Below, piece after piece: positions 35,555 through 36,184 of a stretch of 36,184 nt of DNA. A program made the position numbers and the translations under genes. This stretch comes from a virus (lineage: Duplodnaviria > Caudoviricetes), in IMG/VR virus record IMGVR_UViG_3300038829_000018, positions 1 through 36,184 of that record; one strand, 5' to 3'. Below the pieces are notes generated by a model. It ran no database searches, was not told where the DNA came from, and saw only the letters and a program-made list of their open reading frames with translations. Positions within the stretch are counted from its first letter, which is position 1. Every line of letters starts with the position of its first letter.

Positions 35555-36184
35555 ATGTACGATAATTCGCACTTGCCAAAAGATGAGCGAAAAGAACAAG
35601 TATTTTTATACTCAGGTCTTTGGCAACCTTGGCACAAGCCACGAAATATCACAATGGTTTCAATGTTTTTAATCGGCGGCGGTGCGGGCGGCGGTGGCGG
35701 CGCAATACAAGCATCGGGCGGTGGCGGCGGTGCGAGTGGTGTTACTAGATTTTTAGTTCAATCTAAATTAATTCCTGAGATATTATATGTTTTTGTTGGA
35801 GCAGGCGGCGGCGGCGGTGCAGGTGGTATAAGTGCCAACGGTGGTGCTGGGGTAGCGGGTTCAATTTCTTATGTATCATCAAAAAAAGGTACAGGCGCTA
35901 CAAATCTATTTGTTGCATCTGCAACGGCTGCGGCAGGTGCGGGCGGAGGCGGCGGTGGAGCGTCAGGTGCAGGTGGAGCTGCGGCTACTGCGGGCACGAC
36001 GGCGGCTACTAATTTAGTTTATCTCGGTATTGTTAACTATGTGTTAGGACAAGCTGGGTCTAGTGGCGGTGCGCCCGGTGTAGCCGTGACGCCAACAAAT
36101 ATCATAAGCGGCGGCGCAGGCGGCGGCGGCACTACTTGGGGTGTTTCGGGCACGTCGGTCGCATTCGGCGGCGGTAACGTAAAC
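35555..36184 (+). CDS. Glycine-rich virion protein, paralogue 2, N-terminal part (runs off the window end; not in the ORF track)
   Basis: ATG at 35555 opens 210 codons MYDNSHLPKDERKEQVFLYSG...SGGAGGGGTTWGVSGTSVAFGGGNVN with no stop. Confidence 0.9.
   Translation, partial: MYDNSHLPKDERKEQVFLYSGLWQPWHKPRNITMVSMFLIGGGAGGGGGAIQASGGGGGASGVTRFLVQSKLIPEILYVFVGAGGGGGAGGISANGGAGVAGSISYVSSKKGTGATNLFVASATAAAGAGGGGGGASGAGGAAATAGTTAATNLVYLGIVNYVLGQAGSSGGAPGVAVTPTNIISGGAGGGGTTWGVSGTSVAFGGGNVN

Larger units (their letters stand above)
1..36184. mobile_element. Near-complete tailed bacteriophage genome (siphovirus-like), circularly permuted
   Basis: Packaging, head, tail, lysis and replication genes all present; 78-bp end overlap; no host housekeeping genes seen. 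Confidence 0.95.

Noticed and set aside
1-36184. Complete diversity-generating retroelement
   Set aside because: No reverse transcriptase recognised and no template/variable repeat pair differing only at adenines; the Gly-rich cassette copies are identical.
36107-36184. Biological terminal repeat or att site
   Set aside because: It lies within coding paralogues, also occurs internally, and its length is typical of an assembly overlap.

Overview
An essentially complete, circularly permuted ~36 kb AT-rich tailed phage genome with siphovirus-type organisation: tail tube, frameshifted tail chaperone, 594-aa tape measure protein and no sheath gene. The window ends overlap (16..93 = 36107..36184) inside a repeat shared by tandem glycine-rich genes. 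The + strand late region runs terminase, portal, scaffold, capsid and a fibre/Gly-rich module (26847..36184), then wraps to neck, tail, lysis and a VRR-NUC nuclease (1..13886). A leftward early operon (13883..19694) carries an SSB, a Sak4-like ATPase, an XRE regulator, a DUF6745-like pair and small membrane peptides. A rightward block (19953..26483) carries a primase-polymerase/SF3 helicase with an iteron origin, a metallophosphoesterase, a small sigma-like factor and an SNase, interrupted by an antisense GIY-YIG endonuclease. No integrase, DNA polymerase, reverse transcriptase or CRISPR array was recognised. A spanin-like lipoprotein and sigma28-type promoters suggest a flagellated Gram-negative host (inference). 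The most unusual signals are: (1) a 21-unit 12-bp array in which only one codon is hypervariable; (2) two near-perfect FliA/sigma28 promoters, one overlapping the putative late promoter on the opposite strand; (3) an identical internal cassette shared by diverged Gly-rich paralogues; (4) a tRNA-like element with its halves in reversed order; (5) a G.U-rich 20-bp hairpin in front of the sigma gene. All family assignments are from motif recognition by eye, not database searches.
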